From Eledone cirrhosa (lineage: Eukaryota): a stretch of DNA of 64,000 nt. The translations under genes and the position numbers were made by a program. The stretch lies in contig OZ024741.1 in the NCBI GenBank assembly GCA_964016885.1, forward strand, positions 258,664,001 to 258,728,000, written 5' to 3'. Every line of letters starts with the position of its first letter. Position 1 is the first letter of the stretch. The notes below the pieces were generated by a model that was not told the DNA's origin, did no database searches, and was given only the letters and a program-made list of their open reading frames with translations. Shown here in pieces: positions 12,861 to 25,099 of the stretch.

Positions 12861-15695
12861 GCTGTTGCTGTTTTCTGTGTCAGTGCCAGTGTTGTTGTAG
12901 TTGTTGCTGTTTACTGTGTCAGTGCCAGTGTTGTTGTAGTTGTTGCTGTTTTCTCTGTCAGTGCCAGTGTTGTTGTAGTTGTTGCTGTTTTCTCTGTCAG
13001 TGCCAGTGTTGTTGTAGTTGTTGCTGTTTTCTGTGTCAGTGCCAGTGTTGTTGTTGTTGCTGTTTTCTCTGTCAGTGCCAGTGTTGTTGTAGTTGTTGCT
13101 GTTTTCTCTGTCAGTGACAGTGTTGTTGTAGTTGTTGCTGTTTTCTGTGTCAGTGCCAGTGTTGTTGTAGTTGTTGCTGTTTTCTCTGTCAGTGCCAGTG
13201 TTGTTGTTGTTGTTGCTGTTTTCTCTGTCAGTGCCAGTGTTGTAGTTGTTGCTGTTTTCTCTGTCAGTGCCAGTGTTGTTGTAGTTGTTGCTGTTTTCTG
13301 TGTCAGTGCCAGTGTTGTTGTTGTTGCTGTTTTCTGTGTCAGTGCCAGTGTTGTTGTTGTTGCTATTTTCACTGTCAGTGCCAGTGTTGTTGCTGTTGCT
13401 GTTTTCTCTGTCAGTGCCAGTGATGTTTTAGTTGTTAATGTTTTCTGTGTTAGTGCCAGTGTTGTTGTAGTTGTTGCTGTTTTCTGTGTCAGTGCCAGTG
13501 TTGTTGTTGTTGCTGTTTTCTCTGTCAGTGCCAGTGTTGTTGTAGTTGTTGCTGTTTTCTGTGTCAGTGCCACTGTTGTTGTTGCTGTTTTCTGTGTCAG
13601 TGCCAGTGTTGTTGTTGTTGCTGTTTTCTCTGTCAGTGCCAGTGTTGTTGTTGCTGGTTTCTCTGTCAGTGCCAGTGATGTTTTAGTTGTTAATGTTTTC
13701 TGTGTTAGTGCCAGTGTTGTTGTTGTTGTTGCTGTTTTCTCTGTCAGTGTTGTTGTTGTTGCTATTTTCACTGTCAGTGCCAGTGTTGTTGTTGTTGCTG
13801 TTTTCTGTGTCAGTGCCAGTGTTGTAGTTGTTGTTGCTGTTTTCTGTGTCAGTGCCAGTGTTGTTGTTGTTACTGTTGCTGTTTTCTGTGTCAGTGTCAG
13901 TCTTGTTGTTGTTACTGTTGCTGTTTTCTGTGCCAGTGCCAGTGTTATTGTTGCTGTTTTCTGTGTCAGTGCCACTGTTGTTGTTGCTGTTGTTGCTGTT
14001 TTCTGTGTCAGTGCCAGTGTTGTTGTTGCTGTTGTTGCTGTTTTCTGTGTCAGTGCCAGTGTTGTTGTTGCTGTTTTCCGTGCCAGTGTTGTTGTAGTTG
14101 TTGCTGTTTTCTGTGTCAGTGCCAGTGTTCTTGCTGTTGCTGTTTTCTGTGTCAGTGCCAGTGTTGTTGTTGTTACTGTTGCTGTTTTCTGTGTCAGTTC
14201 CAGTGTTGTTGTTGTTGTTGCTGTTGCTGTTTTCTGTGCCAGTGCCAGTGTTATTGTTGCTGTTGTTGCTGTTTCTCCGTCAGTGCCAGTGTTGTTGTAG
14301 TTGTTGCTGTTTTCTCTGTCAGTGCCAGTGTTTTTGTAGTTGTTGCTGTTTTCTGTGTCAGTGCCAGTGTTGTTGTAGTTGTTGCTGTTTTCTCTGTCAG
14401 TGCCAGTGTTGTTGTTGTTGCTGCTTTCTCTGTCAGTGCCAGTGTTGTAGTTGTTGCTGTTTTCTCTGTCAGTGCCAGTGTTGTTGTAGTTGTTGCTGTT
14501 TTCTGTGTCAGTGTCAGTGTTGTTGTTGTTGCTGTTTTCTGTGTCCGTGCCAGTGTTGTTGTTGTTGCTGTTTTCTCTGTCAGTGCCAGTGTTGTTGCTG
14601 TTGCTATTTTCACTGTCAGTGCCAGTGTTGTTTTTGTTGCTGTTTTCTGTGTCAGTGCCAGTGTTGTTGTTGTTGCTGTTTTCTGTGTCAGTGCCAGTGT
14701 TGTTGTTGTTACTGTTGCTGTTTTCTGTGTCAGTTCCAGTGTTGCTGTTTCTGTTTTCTGTGCCAGTGCCAGTGTTATTGTTGCTGTTGTTGCTGTTTTC
14801 TGTGTCAGTGCCACGGTTGTTGTTGCTGTTGTTGCTGTTTTCTGTGTCAGTGCCAGTGTTGTTGTTGCTGTTTTCTCTGTCAGTGCCAGTGTTGTTGTAG
14901 CTGTTGCTGTTTTCTGTGTCAGTGCCAGTGTTGTTGTAGTTGTTGCTGTTTACTGTGTCAGTGCCAGTGTTGTTGTAGTTGTTGCTGTTTTCTCTGTCAG
15001 TGCCAGTGTTGTTGTAGTTGTTGCTGTTTTCTCTGTCAGTGCCAGTGTTGTTGTAGTTGTTGCTGTTTTCTGTGTCAGTGCCAGTGTTGTTGTTGTTGCT
15101 GTTTTCTCTGTCAGTGCCAGTGTTGTTGTAGTTGTTGCTGTTTTCTCTGTCAGTGCCAGTGTTGTTGTAGTTGTTGCTGTTTTCTGTATCAGTGCCAGTG
15201 TTGTTGTAGTTGTTGCTGTTTTCTCTGTCAGTGCCAGTGTTGTTGTTGTTGTTGCTGTTTTCTCTGTCAGTGCCAGTGTTGTAGTTGTTGCTGTTTTCTC
15301 TGTCAGTGCCAGTGTTGTTGTAGTTGTTGCTGTTTTCTGTGTCAGTGCCAGTGTTGTTGTTGTTGCTGTTTTCTGTGTCAGTGCCAGTGTTGTTGTTGTT
15401 GCTATTTTCACTGTCAGTGCCAGTGTTGTTGCTGTTGCTGTTTTCTCTGTCAGTGCCAGTGATGTTTTAGTTGTTAATGTTTTCTGTGTTAGTGCCAGTG
15501 TTGTTGTAGTTGTTGCTGTTTTCTGTGTCAGTGCCAGTGTTGTTGTTGTTGCTGTTTTCTCTGTCAGTGCCAGTGTTGTTGTAGTTGTTGCTGTTTTCTG
15601 TGTCAGTGCCACTGTTGTTGTTGCTGTTTTCTGTGTCAGTGCCAGTGGTGTTGTTGTTGCTGTTTTCTCTGTCAGTGCCAGTGTTGTTGTTGCTG
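11700..15695. repeat. Tandem higher-order duplication, period ~2.04 kb (2 copies)
   Basis: ORF pairs 12059/14098, 12212/14251, 12451/14490 and 12911/14950 are all offset by 2039. GATGTTTTAGTTGTTAAT is shared at ~13422/~15461. Confidence 0.9.
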
Positions 15696-17829
15696 TTTTC
15701 TCTGTCAGTGCCAGTGTTGTTGTTGTTGCTGTTTTCTGTGTCAGTGCCATTGTTATTGCTGTTGTTGCTGTTTTCTGTGTCAGTGCCAGTGTTGTTGTTG
15801 CTGTTGTTGCTGTTTTCTGTGTCAGTGCCAGTGTTGTTGCTGTTGCTGTTTTCTCTGTCAGTGCCAGTGTTGTTGTAGTCGTTGCTGTTTTTTCTGTCAG
15901 TGCCAGTGTTGTAGTTGTTGCCGTTTTCTGTGTCAGTGCCAGTGTTGTTGTTGCTGTTTTCTCTGTCAGTGCCAGTGTTGTTGTAGTTGTTGCTGTTTTC
16001 TCTGTCAGTGCCAGTGTTGTTGTAGTTGTTGCTGTTTTCTGTGTCAGTACCGGTGTTGTTGTTGTTGCTGTTTTCTCTGTCAGTGCCAGTGTTGTTGTTG
16101 TTGCTGTTTTCTCTGTCAGTGCCAGTGTTGTTGTTGTTGCTGTTTTCTGTGTCAGTGCCAGTGTTGTTGTTGTTGCTGTTTTCTGTGTCAGTGCCAGTGT
16201 TGTTGTTGTTGCTGTTTTCTGTGTCAGTGCCAGTGTTGTTGTAGTTGTTGCTGTTTTCTGTGTCAGTGCCAGTGTTGTTTTAGTTGTTGCTGTTTTCTGT
16301 GTCAGTGCCAGTGTTGTTGTAGTTGTTGCTGTTTTCTCTGTCAGTGCCAGTTTTGTTGTAGTTGTTGCTGTTTTCTGTGTCAGTGCCAGTTTTGTTGTAG
16401 TTGTTGCTGTTTTCTCTGTCAGTGCCAGTGTTGTTGTTGTTGTTGCTGTTTTCTCTGTCAGTGTTGTTGTTGTTGCTATTTTCACTGTCAGTGCCAGTGT
16501 TGTTGTTGTTGCTGTTTTCTGTGTCAGTGCCAGTGTTGTAGTTGTTGTTGCTGTTTTCTGTGTCGGTGCCAGTGTTGTTGTTGTTACTGTTGCTGTTTTC
16601 TGTGTCAGTGCCAGTCTTGTTGTTGTTACTGTTGCTGTTTTCTGTGCCAGTGCCAGTGTTATTGTTGCTGTTTTCTGTGTCAGTGCCACTGTTGTTGTTG
16701 CTGTTGTTGCTGTTTTCTGTGTCAGTGCCAGTGTTGTTGTTGCTGTTGTTGCTGTTTTCTGTGTCAGTGCCAGTATTGTTGTTGCTGTTTTCCGTGCCAG
16801 TGTTGTTGTAGTTGTTGCTGTTTTCTGTGTCAGTGCCAGTGTTCTTGCTGTTGCTGTTTTCTGTGTCAGTGCCAGTGTTGTTGTTGTTACTGTTGCTGTT
16901 TTCTGTGTCAGTTCCAGTGTTGTTGTTGTTGTTGCTGTTGCTGTTTTCTGTGCCAGTGCCAGTGTTATTGTTGCTGTTGTTGCTGTTTCTCTGTCAGTGC
17001 CAGTGTTGTTGTAGTTGTTGCTGTTTTCTCTGTCAGTGCCAGTGTTGTTGTAGTTGTTGCTGTTTTCTGTGTCAGTGCCAGTGTTGTTGTAGTTGTTGCT
17101 GTTTTCTCTGTCAGTGCCAGTGTTGTTGTTGTTGCTGCTTTCTCTGTCAGTGCCAGTGTTGTAGTTGTTGCTGTTTTCTCTGTCAGTGCCAGTGTTGTTG
17201 TAGTTGTTGCTGTTTTCTGTGTCAGTGTCAGTGTTGTTGTTGTTGCTGTTTTCTGTGTCAGTGCCAGTGTTGTTGTTGTTGCTGTTTTCTCTGTCAGTGC
17301 CAGTGTTGTTGCTGTTGCTATTTTCACTGTCAGTGCCAGTGTTGTTGTTGTTGCTGTTTTCTGTGCCAGTGCCAGTGTTGTTGTTGTTACTGTTGCTGTT
17401 TTCTGTGTCAGTTCCAGTGTTGCTGTTTCTGTTTTCTGTGCCAGTGCCAGTGTTATTGTTGCTGTTGTTGCTGTTTTCTGTGTCAGTGCCAGTGTTGTTG
17501 TTGCTGTTGTTCCTGTTTTCTGTGTCAGTGCCAGTGTTGTTGTTGCTGTTGTTGCTGTTTTCCGTGCCAGTGTTGTTGTAGTCGTTGCTGTTTTCTGTGT
17601 CATTGCCAGTGTTGTTGTAGTTGTTGCTGTTTTCTGTGTCAGTGCCAGTGTTGTTGTAGTTGTTGCTGTTTTCTCTGTCAGTGCCAGTGTTGTTGTAGTT
17701 GTTGCTGTTTTCTCTGTCAGTGCCAGTGTTGTTGTAGTTGTTGCTGTTGCTGTTTTCTCTGTCAGTGCCAGTGTTGTTGTTGTTACTGTTGCTGTTTTCT
17801 CTGCCAGTGTTATTGTTGCTGTTGTTGCT

Positions 17830-20800
17830 GTTTTGTCTGTCAGTGCCAGTGTTGTAGTTGTTGCTGTTTTCTCTGTCAGTGCCAGTGTTGTTGTAGTTGT
17901 TGCTGTTTTTTGTGTCAGTGCCAGTGTTGTTGTTGTTGCTGTTTACTGTGTCAGTGCCAGTGTTGTTGTTGTTGCTATTTTCACTGTCAGTGCCAGTGTT
18001 GTTGCTGTTGCTGTTTTCTCTGTCAGTGCCAGTGATGTTGTAGTTGTTGCTGTTTTCTGTGTTAGTGCCAGTGTTGTTGTAGTTGTTGCTGTTTTCTGTG
18101 TCAGTGCCAGTGTTGTTGCTGTTGCTGTTTTCTCTGTCAGTGCCAGTGTTGTTGCAGTTGTTGCTGCTTTATCTGTCAGTGCCAGTTTTGTTGTAGTTGT
18201 TTCTGTTTTCTGTGTCAGTGCCAGTGTTGTTGTTGTTGCTGTTTTCTCTGTCAGTGCCAGTGTTGTTGTAGTTGTTGCTGTTTTCTGTGTCAGTGCCACT
18301 GTTGTTGTTGCTGTTTTCTGTGTCTGTGCCAGTGTTGTTGTTGTTGCTGTTTTCTCTGTCAGTGCCAGTGTTGTTGTTGCTGTTTTCTCTGTCAGTGCCA
18401 GTGTTGTTGTAGTTGCTGTTTTCTGTGTCAGTGACAGTGTTGTTGTAGTTGTTGCTGTTTTCTCTGTCAGTGCCAGTGTTGTTGTAGTTGTTGCTGTTTT
18501 CTCTGTCAGTGCCAGTGTTGTTGTAGTTGTTGCTGTTTTCTGTGTCAGTGCCAGTGTTTTTGTTGTTGCTGTTTTCTCTGTCAGTGCCAGTGTTGTTGTA
18601 GTTGTTGCTGTTTTCTCTGTCAGTGCCAGTGTTGTTGTAATTGTTGCTGTTTTCTGTGTCAGTGCCAGTGTTGTTGCTGTTGTTGCTGTTTTCTGTGTCA
18701 GTGTCAGTGTTGTTGTTGTTGCTGTTTTCTGTGTCAGTGCCAGTGTTGTTGTTGCTATTTTCACTGTCAGTGCCAGTGTTGTTGTAGTTGTTGCTGTTTT
18801 CTGTGTCAGTGCCAGTGTTGTTGTTGCTGTTTTCTCTGTCAGTGCCAGTGTTGTTGTAGCTGTTGCTGTTTTCTGTGTCAGTGCCAGTGTTGTTGTAGTT
18901 GTTGCTGTTTACTGTGTCAGTGCCAGTGTTGTTGTAGTTGTTGCTGTTTTCTCTGTCAGTGCCAGTGTTGTTGTAGTTGTTGCTGTTTTCTCTGTCAGTG
19001 CCAGTGTTGTTGTAGTTGTTGCTGTTTTCTGTGTCAGTGCCAGTGTTATTGTTGCTGTTGTTGCTGTTTCTCTGTCAGTGCCAGTGTTGTTGTAGTTGTT
19101 GCTGTTTTCTGTGTCAGTGCCAGTGTTGTTGTAGTTGTTGCTGTTTTCTCTGTCAGTGCCAGTGTTGTTGTTGTTGCTGTTTTCTCTGTCAGTGCCAGTG
19201 TTGTTGTAGTTGTTGCTGTTTTCTCTGTCAGTGCCAGTTTTGTTGTAGTTGTTGCTGTTTTCTGTGTCAGTGCCAGTGTTGTTGTAGTTGTTGCTGTTTT
19301 CTCTGTCAGTGCCAGTGTTGTTGTTGTTGTTGCTGTTTTCTCTGTCAGTGTTGTTGTTGCTATTTTCACTGTCAGTGCCAGTGTTGTTGTTGTTGCTGTA
19401 TTCTGTGTCAGTGCCAGTGTTGTAGTTGTTGTTGCTGTTTTCTGTGTCAGTGCCAGTGTTGTTGTTGTTACTGTTGCTGTTTTCTGTGTCAGTGCCAGTC
19501 TTGTTGTTGTTACTGTTGCTGTTTTCTGTGCCAGTGCCAGTGTTATTGTTGCTGTTTTCTGTGTCAGTGCCACTGTTGTTGTTGCTGTTGTTGCTGTTTT
19601 CTGTGTCAGTGCCAGTGTTGTTGTTGCTGTTGTTGCTGTTTTCTGTGTCAGTGCCAGTGTTGTTGTTGCTGTTTTCCGTGCCAGTGTTGTTGTAGCTGTT
19701 GCTGTTTTCTGTGTCAGTGACAGTGTTGTTGTAGTTGTTGCTGTTTTCTCTGTCAGTGCCAGTGTTGTTGTAGTTGTTGCTGTTTTCTCTGTCAGTGCCA
19801 GTGTTGTAGTTGTTGCTGTTTTCTGTGTCAGTGCCAGTGTTGTTGTTGTTGCTGTTTTCTCTGTCAGTGCCAGTGTTGTTGTAGTTGTTGCTGTTTTCTG
19901 TGTCAGTGCCAGTGTTGTTGTTGTTGCTGTTTACTGTGTCAGTGCCAGTGTTGTTGTTGTTGCTATTTTCCCTGTCAGTGCCAGTGTTGTTGCTGTTGCT
20001 GTTTTCTCTGTCAGTGCCAGTGATGTTGTAGTTGTTGCTGTTTTCTGTGTTAGTGCCAGTGTTGTTGTAGTTGTTGCTGTTTTCTGTGTCAGTGCCAGTG
20101 TTGTTGCTGTTGCTGTTTTCTCTGTCAGTGCCAGTGTTGTTGTAGTTGTTGCTGCTTTATCTGTCAGTGCCAGTGTTGTTGTAGTTGTTTCTGTTTTCTG
20201 TGTCAGTGCCAGTGTTGTTGTTGTTGCTGTTTTCTCTGTCAGTGCCAGTGTTGTTGTAGTTGTTGCTGTTTTCTGTGTCAGTGCCACTGTTGTTGTTGCT
20301 GTTTTCTGTGTCTGTGCCAGTGTTGTTGTTGTTGCTGTTTTCTCTGTCAGTGCCAGTGTTGTTGTTGCTGTTTTCTCTGTCAGTGCCAGTGTTGTTGTAG
20401 TTGCTGTTTTCTGTGTCAGTGACAGTGTTGTTGTAGTTGTTGCTGTTTTCTCTGTCAGTGCCAGTGTTGTTGTAGTTGTTGCTGTTTTCTCTGTCAGTGC
20501 CAGTGTTGTTGTAGTTGTTGCTGTTTTCTGTGTCAGTGCCAGTGTTTTTGTTGTTGCTGTTTTCTCTGTCAGTGCCAGTGTTGTTGTAGTTGTTGCTGTT
20601 TTCTCTGTCAGTGCCAGTGTTGTTGTAATTGTTGCTGTTTTCTGTGTCAGTGCCAGTGTTGTTGCTGTTGTTGCTGTTTTCTGTGTCAGTGTCAGTGTTG
20701 TTGTTGTTGCTGTTTTCTGTGTCAGTGCCAGTGTTGTTGTTGCTATTTTCACTGTCAGTGCCAGTGTTGTTGTAGTTGTTGCTGTTTTCTGTGTCAGTGC

Positions 20801-21990
20801 CAGTGTTGTTGTTGCTGTTTTCTCTGTCAGTGCCAGTGTTGTTGTAGCTGTTGCTGTTTTCTGTGTCAGTGCCAGTGTTGTTGCTGTTGTTGCTGTTTTC
20901 TGTGTCAGTGCCAGTGTTGTTGCTGTTGCTGTTTTCTCTGTCAGTGCCAGTGTTGTTGTAGTTGTTGCTGTTTACTGTGTCAGTGCCAGTGTTGTTGTAG
21001 TTGTTGCTGTTTTCTCTGTCAGTGCCAGTGTTGTTGTAGTTGTTGCTGTTTTCTCTGTCAGTGCCAGTGTTGTTGTAGTTGTTGCTGTTTTCTGTGTCAG
21101 TGCCAGTGTTATTGTTGCTGTTGTTGCTGTTTCTCTGTCAGTGCCAGTGTTGTTGTAGTTGTTGCTGTTTTCTGTGTCAGTGCCAGTGTTGTTGTAGTTG
21201 TTGCTGTTTTCTCTGTCAGTGCCAGTGTTGTTGTAGTTGTTGCTGTTTTCTGTGTCAGTGCCAGTGTTGTTGTTGTTGCTGTTTTCTCTGTCAGTGCCAG
21301 TGTTGTTGTAGTTGTTGCTGTTTTCTCTGTCAGTGCCAGTTTTGTTGTAGTTGTTGCTGTTTTCTGTGTCAGTGCCAGTGTTGTTGTAGTTGTTGCTGTT
21401 TTCTCTGTCAGTGCCAGTGTTGTTGTTGTTGTTGCTGTTTTCTCTGTCAGTGTTGTTGTTGTTGCTATTTTCACTGTCAGTGCCAGTGTTGTTGTTGTTG
21501 CTGTTTTCTGTGTCAGTGCCAGTGTTGTAGTTGTTGTTGCTGTTTTCTGTGTCAGTGCCAGTGTTGTTGTTGTTACTGTTGCTGTTTTCTGTGTCAGTGC
21601 CAGTCTTGTTGTTGTTACTGTTGCTGTTTTCTGTGCCAGTGTCAGTGTTATTGTTGCTGTTTTCTGTGTCAGTGCCACTGTTGTTGTTGCTGTTGTTGCT
21701 GTTTTCTGTGTCAGTGCCAGTGTTGTTGTTGCTGTTGTTGCTGTTTTCTGTGTCAGTGCCAGTGTTGTTGTTGCTGTTTTCCGTGCCAGTGTTGTTGTAG
21801 CTGTTGCTGTTTTCTGTGTCAGTGACAGTGTTGTTGTAGTTGTTGCTGTTTTCTCTGTCAGTGCCAGTGTTGTTGTAGTTGTTGCTGTTTTCTCTGTCAG
21901 TGCCAGTGTTGTAGTTGTTGCTGTTTTCTGTGTCAGTGCCAGTGTTGTTGTTGTTGCTGTTTTCTCTGTCAGTGCCAGTGTTGTTGTAGT
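17830..21990. repeat. Tandem higher-order duplication, period ~2.0-2.1 kb; the same unit recurs at ~3.9-6.0 kb and ~27.2-29.3 kb
   Basis: ORF offsets 17943/19931 (1988), 19016/21079 (2063) and 19426/21531 (2105). Marker GCTGCTTTATCTG occurs at ~4238, ~18163, ~20151 and ~27520. Confidence 0.87.
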
Positions 21991-24900
21991 TGTTGCTGTT
22001 TTCTCTGTCAGTGCCAGTGTTGTTGCTGTTGTTGCTGTTTTCTGTGTCAATGTCAGTGTTGTTGTTGTTGCTGTTTTCTGTGTCAGTGCCAGTGTTGTTG
22101 TTGCTATTTTCACTGTCAGTGCCAGTGTTATTGTAGTTGTTGCTGTTTTCTGTGTCAGTGCCAGTGTTGGTGTTGCTGTTTTCTCTGTCAGTGCCAGTGT
22201 TGTTGTAGCTGTTGCTGTTTTCTGTGTCAGTGCCAGTGTTGTTGTAGTTGTTGCTGTTTTCTGTGTCAGTGCCACTGTTGTTGTTGCTGTTTTCTGTGTC
22301 TGTGCCAGTGTTGTTGTTGTTGCTGTTTTCTCTGTCAGTGCCAGTGTTGTTGTTGCTGTTTTCTCTGTCAGTGCCAGTGTTGTAGTTGTTGCTGTTTTCT
22401 GTGTCAGTGCCAGTGTTGTTGTTGTTGCTGTTTTCTCTGTCAGTGCCAGTGTTGTTGTAGTTGTTGCTGTTTTCTCTGTCAGTGCCAGTGTTGTTGCTGT
22501 TTTCTGTGTCAGTGTCAGTGTTGTTGTTGTTGCTGTTTTCTGTGTCAGTGCCAGTGTTGTTGTTGCTATTTTCACTGTCAGTGCCAGTGTTGTTGTAGTT
22601 GTTGCTGTTTTCTGTGTCAGTGCCAGTGTTGTTGTAGCTGTTGCTGTTTTCTGTGTCAGTGCCAGTGTTGTTGTAGTTGTTGCTGTTTACTGTGTCAGTG
22701 CCAGTGTTGTTGTAGTTGTTGCTGTTTTCTCTGTCAGTGCCAGTGTTGTTGTAGTTGTTGCTGTTTTCTCTGTCAGTGCCAGTGTTGTTGTAGTTGTTGC
22801 TGTTTTCTGTGTCAGTGCCAGTGTTATTGTTGCTGTTGTTGCTGTTTCTCTGTCAGTGCCAGTGTTGTTGTAGTTGTTGCTGTTTTCTCTGTCAGTAACA
22901 GTGTTGTTGTAGTTGTTGCTGTTTTCTCTGTCAGTGCCAGTGTTGTAGTTGTTGCTGTTTTCTGTGTCAGTGTCAGTGTTGTAGTTGTTGCTGTTCTCTC
23001 TGTCAGTGCCAGTGTTGTAGTTGTTGCTGTTTTCTGTGTCAGTGCCAGTCTTGTTGTTGTTACTGTTGCTGTTTTCTGTGCCAGTGCCAGTGTTATTGTT
23101 GCTGTTTTCTGTGTCAGTGCCAGTGTTGTTGTTGTAGTTGTTGCTGTTTTCTGTGTCAGTGCCAGTGTTGTTGTTGCTGTTTTCCGTGCCAGTATTGTTG
23201 TAGTTGTTGCTGTTTTCTGTGTCAGTGCCAGTGTTGTTGTTGTTACTGTTGCTGTTTTCTGTGTCAGTTCTAGTGTTGTTGTTGTTGTTGCTGTTGCTGT
23301 TTTCTGTGCCAGTGCCAGTGTTATTGTTGCTGTTGTTGCTGTTTCTCTGTCAGTGCCAGTGTTGTTGTAGTTGTTGCTGTTTTCTCTGTCAGTGCCAGTG
23401 TTGTTGTAGTTGTTGCTGTTTTCTCTGTCAGTGCCAGTGTTGTGGTTGTTGCTGCTTTCTCTGTCAGTGCCAGTGTTGTAGTTGTTGCTGTTTTCTCTGT
23501 CAGTGCCAGTGTTGTTGTAGTTGTTGCTGTTTTCTGTGTCAGTGTCAGTGTTGTTGTTGCTGTTTTCTGTGTCAGTGCCAGTGTTGTTGTTGTTGTTGTT
23601 TTCTCTGTCAGTGCCAGTGTTGTTGCTGTTGCTATTTTCACTGTCAGTGCCAGTGTTGTTGTTGTTGCTGTTTTCTGTGTCAGTGCCAGTGTTGTTGTTG
23701 TTGCTGTTTTCTGTGTCAGTGCCAGTGTTGTTGTTGTTACTGTTGCTGTTTTCTGTGTCAGTTCCAGTGTTGCTGTTTCTGTTTTCTGTGCCAGTGACAG
23801 TGTTATTGTTGCTGTTGTTGCTGTTTTCTGTGTCAGTGCCACGGTTGTTGTTGCTGTTGTTGCTGTTTTCTGTGTCAGTGCCAGTGTTGTTGTTGCTGTT
23901 GTTGCTGTTTTCTGTGTCAGTGCCAGTGTTGTTGTTGCTGTTGTTGCTGTTTTCCGTGCCAGTGTTGTTGTAGTCGTTGCTGTTTTCTGTGTCAGTGCCA
24001 GTGTTGTTGTAGTTGTTGCTGTTTTCTGTGTCAGTGCCAGTGTTGGTGTAGTTGTTGCTGTTTTCTCTGTCAGTGCCAGTGTTGTTGTAGTTGTTGCTGT
24101 TTTCTCTGTCAGTGCCAGTGTTGTTGTAGTTGTTGCTGTTTTCTGTGTCAGTGCCAGTGTTGTTGCTGTTGCTGTTTTCTCTGTCAGTGCCAGTGTTGTT
24201 GTAGTTGTTGCTGTTTTCTCTGTCAGTGCCAGTGTTGTTGTTGTTGCTGTTTTCTGTGTCAGTGCCAGTGTTGTTGTTGTTACTGTTGCTGTTTTCTGTG
24301 TCAGTTCCAGTGTTGCTGTTTCTGTTTTCTGTGCCAGTGCCAGTGTTATTGTTGCTGTTGTTGCTGTTTTCTGTGTCAGTGCCACGGTTGTTGTTGCTGT
24401 TGTTGCTGTTTTCTGTGTCAGTGCCAGTGTTGTTGTTGCTGTTGTTGCTGTTTTCTGTGTCAGTGCCAGTGTTGTTGTTGCTGTTGTTGCTGTTTTCCGT
24501 GCCAGTGTTGTTGTAGTTGTTGCTGTTTTCTGTGTCAGTGCCAGTGTTGTTGTAGTTGTTGCTGTTTTCTCTGTCAGTGCCAGTGTTGTTGTAGTTGTTG
24601 CTGTTTTCTCTGTCAGTGCCAGTGTTGTTGTAGTTGTTGCTGTTTTCTGTGTCAGTGCCAGTGTTGTTGCTGTTGCTGTTTTCTCTGTCAGTGCCAGTGT
24701 TGTTGTAGTTGTTGCTGTTTTCTCTGTCAGTGCCAGTGTTGTTGTTGTTGCTGTTTTCTGTGTCAGTGCCAGTGTTGTTGTTGTTGCTATTTTCACTGTC
24801 AGTGCCAGTGTTGTTGCTGTTATTGTTGCTGTTTTCTGTGCCAGTGCCAGTGTTATTGTTGCTGTTTTCTGTGTCAGTGCCACTGTTGTTGTTGCTGTTG

Positions 24901-25099
24901 TTGCTGTTTTCTGTGTCAGTGCCAGTGTTGTTGTTGCTGTTGTTGCTGTTTTCTGTGTCAGTGCCAGTGTTGTTGTTGCTGTTTTCCGTGCCAGTGTTGT
25001 TGTAGCTGTTGCTGTTTTCTGTGTCAGTGACAGTGTTGTTGTAGTTGTTGCTGTTTTCTCTGTCAGTGCCAGTGTTGTTGTAGTTGTTGCTGTTTTCTC

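Larger units (their letters stand above)
7000..17700. repeat. Large diverged block, paralogous to ~33550-44600 (offset ~26.7-27.2 kb)
   Basis: Collinear ORF pairs: 7507/34413, 8358/35300, 9724/36477, 12059/39275, 12911/40127, 14950/41812, 16026/42891, 16812/43710. Shared rare variants include TGTCGGTGCC (~16561/~43458), GATGTTTTAGTTGTTAAT and TCCGTGCC. Confidence 0.85.
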